Below, piece after piece: positions 60,293-64,000 of a stretch of DNA of 64,000 nucleotides. The stretch's first letter is position 1; each line of letters begins with the position of its first letter. The notes beneath the pieces are model-generated. The model was given only the letters and a program-made list of their open reading frames with translations, made no database searches and had not been told where the DNA came from. Location of the stretch: positions 64,001-128,000 of the forward strand of contig JBHLMN010000012.1 of assembly GCA_048938105.1 (NCBI GenBank), written 5' to 3'. Both the position numbers and the translations under genes were made by a program. This DNA comes from Promethearchaeota archaeon (GTDB lineage Archaea > Asgardarchaeota > Heimdallarchaeia > Hodarchaeales > Hodarchaeaceae).

Positions 60293-63200
60293 ATGTACCC
60301 CAAATCAGGATTGAAGAACAAGAAAGCTCTTTTTTTTCGCAGAGGAATATCCAACTTATCAGTATTAATCTTGTGCTTTTCATTTTTCATCTATTCGTCA
60401 ATACACATGAATCCAATACTTTTATCGCCGAGGGAGGATGATCGACATTCTATACGTAGTTTAAGAAAAGATATCTCACCAACTCACTCTATCAATCAAT
60501 TGACTCATCCTCCATTTATCGAAATTACTGTCAAAGATGCTACCAATTCCAATCTGTTAGAGTCAGCTCTCGTGGAAGTTTATAACGGAACAGGAATGTT
60601 GATTATATCTGATGTTACAGATACTAATGGATTTCTTAATGTGACCAATTTAAACCTTGGCCAGTACAGAATTGAAATTGGCTATTCACGTATTTATTCT
60701 GCTGAAACTAGAGTTGTTACGTTTAACGTTGAAGGAGAGTCTAAACAGCTGACAGTCTTTTTGGTACCAAATTCTGCTGCAAAGGCAGCAGTAGAAGTAC
60801 ATGTACAGGACTTATCCAATGTACCACTTGAGGATGCAGATATTACGCTTTATGATGAGGACATGGGAATAATTTCCTCAACAGCAACCAATTCTTCGGG
60901 ATTTGCAGTCATAAGCCCATTGAACGTTGCAAATTATACAATAACAGCCTCAAAAACGGGATATCAGAATAAAAGTGAATTGGTTTGGATAGAATGGTTT
61001 GGACATTATCAAAAAGTCGAATTAAGGCTTTCCCCAGCGAATACATTGTCTGCATTCATTGAAGTTTATGTCCATGATAGTTCTACCAAGCAAATGTTAC
61101 CCTATGTATTTATTGAGGTACAAGATCAATTTGGGAGAATTATAGTAAATCAGCAGACAGATGACTCTGGTTTTGTGAATATTACTAAACTAGATATGGG
61201 TGTGTATAATATTTTCTTCCATCTGGATACATATAATGAATTCGTTGAAGAAGTCATTCTAAAATTCCCTTCAGATTTTCGATCACTTCATGTCCCATTA
61301 ACTTCCTCCTCCTCAAACCAGGGTTCTATTGAAGTCAATGTCATCACTGATGATTTTGTTCCGATAATCAATTCCCTGGTTGAGCTATATAACTGGAAAA
61401 GTGAGCTGGTTGGAACTGGAACAACGAATGATTTTGGATTTTATGAATTCACGACGTTAGAATGCGGGGTATATGAAGTAACTGTATCTGCCTCCTATTA
61501 CTTCAGTCAAACGCAGGAGGTCAAAATTAGATGGAGTAATGACACCAGAATATTGTATTTCCCTCTTGAGAGTAAACAGGGAAATACATTCATTCAGGTG
61601 TTTCTCACCGATCATTATGATCAACCAATAAAAGGTGGGATTGTAAAGCTGTATGATTCTAACCAAAATTTCGTTCAGGTGGGCTTATCAGACGATACTG
61701 GATTTTTAAATCTATCAGATATTCCTATTGACATTTACAATCTAGAAATATCGAAATCTGGATATCAAACAAAGTGGTTCTTCAATATAAATCCAGTCAA
61801 AGGGCTTAACCAAGTTATTTCGCACAAATTTCTTCCTGATGCAGGAATTGGAGTGTTGAATGTCTTTGCACCATCCAATTCCTATGTTACGATAAGTAAT
61901 GACAACAATGAGGTAGTTTTTTCTGGATTAAGTTCAGCAGAAACATTAACAGTTCCATACCTTCCAGTTGGGGATTATCTGGTAGAAGTATACACAGAGG
62001 AGGGGTGTCAAACGCATAGTAGTAGCATCAATTGGATAGGAGATGTCAATTCTGTATATGTTGACCAAGTCACCGAACAGATGGACACATCGGGATATAT
62101 GGAGTTTACAGTATATGAATTTAATGTGGGGCCCATTCCAAACTGTTTTGTGACTGCAAAAAGTCAATATGATGTTTATTATTCGCAAGTTACGGATCAA
62201 AATGGATTTGTGAATATTACTGGGTTACATATTGGAGAGTATGAAATAACTGCTCAACATAGTGGTTTTGTTGACACTGTTGTATACCATTCTATTGATT
62301 ATGCAGGGGATTCCTCAAAAGCAAGTCTTTACCTTTATCGGGCAACAGGGGCTGTAGAAGTATATCTTTCAAGCGCACTCTCTGGAAATCCAGTTCAGGG
62401 ATGGGTACAATACAGATTTAATTCTGGGGAATGGTCAATAATGTATCCTAGTGACCAAAATGGATTTAAAAGATTCAATAATTTACCAGCAGGCCACTAT
62501 GATTTTTGGGTTAAGACAGCAGCGTTTGAAGACCAGTATCAAACTTTGGATATTATGATGGCTGGGGATTTTCATATACTGAACTTTCCGCTCGTTATTC
62601 CTGGAGGAAATGGAGTTGAAGAATTTTACGCACTAATTGTAGGAGGGGGTACTGAAGATCGTTTTACGCATGATGCTCGGGGGATGTTTCTGACCTTAAC
62701 TAACTATTATGGTTATACCCCACAAAATACCTATCTTCTTACCTGTGAACCTATGGACTGGGTTGCGAATGTCCCTGTTCCATATGATGCTATTACAAGT
62801 TTATCTTCAGTTACTTGGGCAATTAATGAAATAGCTAGTAAAGCAGACGCTGAAGATGAGGTATTTATCTGGTGGACGGGTCATGGAGGTTATTATACAT
62901 CAAAGACTGGAGCATTATTAGATGTTAGATTCACTACAAATGGAGATCACATGTATGGAACAGATTTTGCTACATTGATTGATGGGATCACCTGTGATCG
63001 GATGTATATTTGTCTTGGACCCTGTCATTCAGGATACTGGATTGGAAGATTAAATGATACAAATAATCGTATAATCTACACCTCGTGTAAATGGAATGAG
63101 ATTGCCCACGCTTTTTATCAACATTCCTATTGGCCAAGAGCTACTAAAAGAGCGCTAGACCCATCATATGATGCTAATCAAGCTGATAAGGATAATAATA

Positions 63201-64000
63201 ACAGGGTTTCGTTAGAAGAGTTATTTAATTATGCCCGTTATTGGGTTCAAGTCAAGAAAAATAAGGACCAGCACCCACAACGCTGGAGTGGGATTATATC
63301 TGAATCTTATAGCTATATCGGTGATGAAACCTATAATTCAGGATTTGGTGTAACAACCCGTAGTAGTATCAGATTGAATCAAGAATACAGGCTTGATTAT
63401 TCCATTAAGGAAGAAACTATTCAATTCCAGGATGAAAAGACTGGAATAATGACTAGTGTCGCCACAGGGTTACTAGATGATGAACTGGACAATGATGACT
63501 GCTTCATTAATTTTTATAATAGTTCCACGTTTCCAATTTATTCTCCTATCTCAGATGTGTATCTTATCCTCAGATTTACATACGGAACGGTATTCTCTTC
63601 AGACTATAGTAATCTAGATGGAACAATTACCCTTTATGATCTCCCTGATGGAACATATGCTTGGGAAGCCATTTACAAAACCCAAAAAATTGGTTCTGGA
63701 CGCTTCACTACTGACGGAGTTAAGGTTGTAGCGGATGCTTTTTTAGATAACTATGATAGACAGGGAGATGCAGCTGATCTTCAAGTTCAAATTGCAGATC
63801 AAACCGAAGCTACACCTCTAATGGGAATGACTGTTTGTTTATATCATGTGGATGGAACATTTATCGGGAATAGGACTTCGGATTTTAACGGAATTGCCAT
63901 GTTTTATGATTTATCTGGAATATTTGGCTATGAGGTATTCTATCAGGATGCTTTATGTGCAGAAGGTACTATAGCTATTGATTCTTCCCATTTTACATTG
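60293..64000 (+). CDS. Large surface protein: carboxypeptidase-regulatory/prealbumin-like beta repeats + clan CD (legumain C13/caspase-like) peptidase; 3'-truncated by window
   Basis: Absent from the ORF track, presumably because it has no stop in the window. ATG 60293 (MYPKSGLKNKK... + hydrophobic segment); repeats like TDTNGFLNVTNLNLGQY; FYALIVGG, WWTGHGG (His codon 62882, in frame), LGPCHSG, DKDNNNRVSLEELF. Confidence 0.8.
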   Translation, partial: MYPKSGLKNKKALFFRRGISNLSVLILCFSFFIYSSIHMNPILLSPREDDRHSIRSLRKDISPTHSINQLTHPPFIEITVKDATNSNLLESALVEVYNGTGMLIISDVTDTNGFLNVTNLNLGQYRIEIGYSRIYSAETRVVTFNVEGESKQLTVFLVPNSAAKAAVEVHVQDLSNVPLEDADITLYDEDMGIISSTATNSSGFAVISPLNVANYTITASKTGYQNKSELVWIEWFGHYQKVELRLSPANTLSAFIEVYVHDSSTKQMLPYVFIEVQDQFGRIIVNQQTDDSGFVNITKLDMGVYNIFFHLDTYNEFVEEVILKFPSDFRSLHVPLTSSSSNQGSIEVNVITDDFVPIINSLVELYNWKSELVGTGTTNDFGFYEFTTLECGVYEVTVSASYYFSQTQEVKIRWSNDTRILYFPLESKQGNTFIQVFLTDHYDQPIKGGIVKLYDSNQNFVQVGLSDDTGFLNLSDIPIDIYNLEISKSGYQTKWFFNINPVKGLNQVISHKFLPDAGIGVLNVFAPSNSYVTISNDNNEVVFSGLSSAETLTVPYLPVGDYLVEVYTEEGCQTHSSSINWIGDVNSVYVDQVTEQMDTSGYMEFTVYEFNVGPIPNCFVTAKSQYDVYYSQVTDQNGFVNITGLHIGEYEITAQHSGFVDTVVYHSIDYAGDSSKASLYLYRATGAVEVYLSSALSGNPVQGWVQYRFNSGEWSIMYPSDQNGFKRFNNLPAGHYDFWVKTAAFEDQYQTLDIMMAGDFHILNFPLVIPGGNGVEEFYALIVGGGTEDRFTHDARGMFLTLTNYYGYTPQNTYLLTCEPMDWVANVPVPYDAITSLSSVTWAINEIASKADAEDEVFIWWTGHGGYYTSKTGALLDVRFTTNGDHMYGTDFATLIDGITCDRMYICLGPCHSGYWIGRLNDTNNRIIYTSCKWNEIAHAFYQHSYWPRATKRALDPSYDANQADKDNNNRVSLEELFNYARYWVQVKKNKDQHPQRWSGIISESYSYIGDETYNSGFGVTTRSSIRLNQEYRLDYSIKEETIQFQDEKTGIMTSVATGLLDDELDNDDCFINFYNSSTFPIYSPISDVYLILRFTYGTVFSSDYSNLDGTITLYDLPDGTYAWEAIYKTQKIGSGRFTTDGVKVVADAFLDNYDRQGDAADLQVQIADQTEATPLMGMTVCLYHVDGTFIGNRTSDFNGIAMFYDLSGIFGYEVFYQDALCAEGTIAIDSSHFTL

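Noticed and set aside
169-62200. Numerous short antisense/overlapping ORFs in the track (e.g. 2164-2589, 42197-42706, 56609-57055, 61946-62200)
   Set aside because: They lie within longer motif-bearing genes on another frame or strand and lack recognisable features.

Overview
AT-rich archaeal DNA, most consistent with an Asgard (Heimdallarchaeia/Hodarchaeales-like) genome. This is an inference from the TFB-type cyclin domains, the tungsten AOR, and large surface proteins with S/T linkers and C-terminal anchors. Positions ~1-28.3 kb form a defence/DNA-modification island. It starts with an AAA+ ATPase and a Cas4-like nuclease-HerA fusion, followed by an orphan trypsin and an HD-domain three-gene module. 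Its core is a candidate non-canonical DNA phosphorothioation (sulfur-modification) system. The + strand carries a STAND/ORC-like ATPase, a stand-alone domain of the dnd-associated methyltransferase family, a PD-(D/E)XK nuclease, a small ORF, a Rad50/SMC ATPase, a 4Fe-4S PAPS-reductase-like protein, a TIM-barrel/methyltransferase/TFB fusion, and a SufS-like protein lacking the PLP lysine. These converge on a permuted PbeABCD-like operon on the - strand. No DndB, DndE or SspB is recognisable. Positions ~28.7-64 kb are a mosaic of stand-alone accessory genes: VapBC, dehydrogenases, an ABC exporter, TauE, ICMT, a CLCA-like vWA metalloprotease, AOR, a P-type ATPase-CDF fusion and a legumain/caspase-like surface protein. 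The spacers hold gene relics (including a tyrosine recombinase fragment), recurrent attC-like imperfect hairpins and a ~150-bp diverged direct repeat. All family assignments come from motif recognition by eye; no searches were run. No rRNA, tRNA or CRISPR array was seen.
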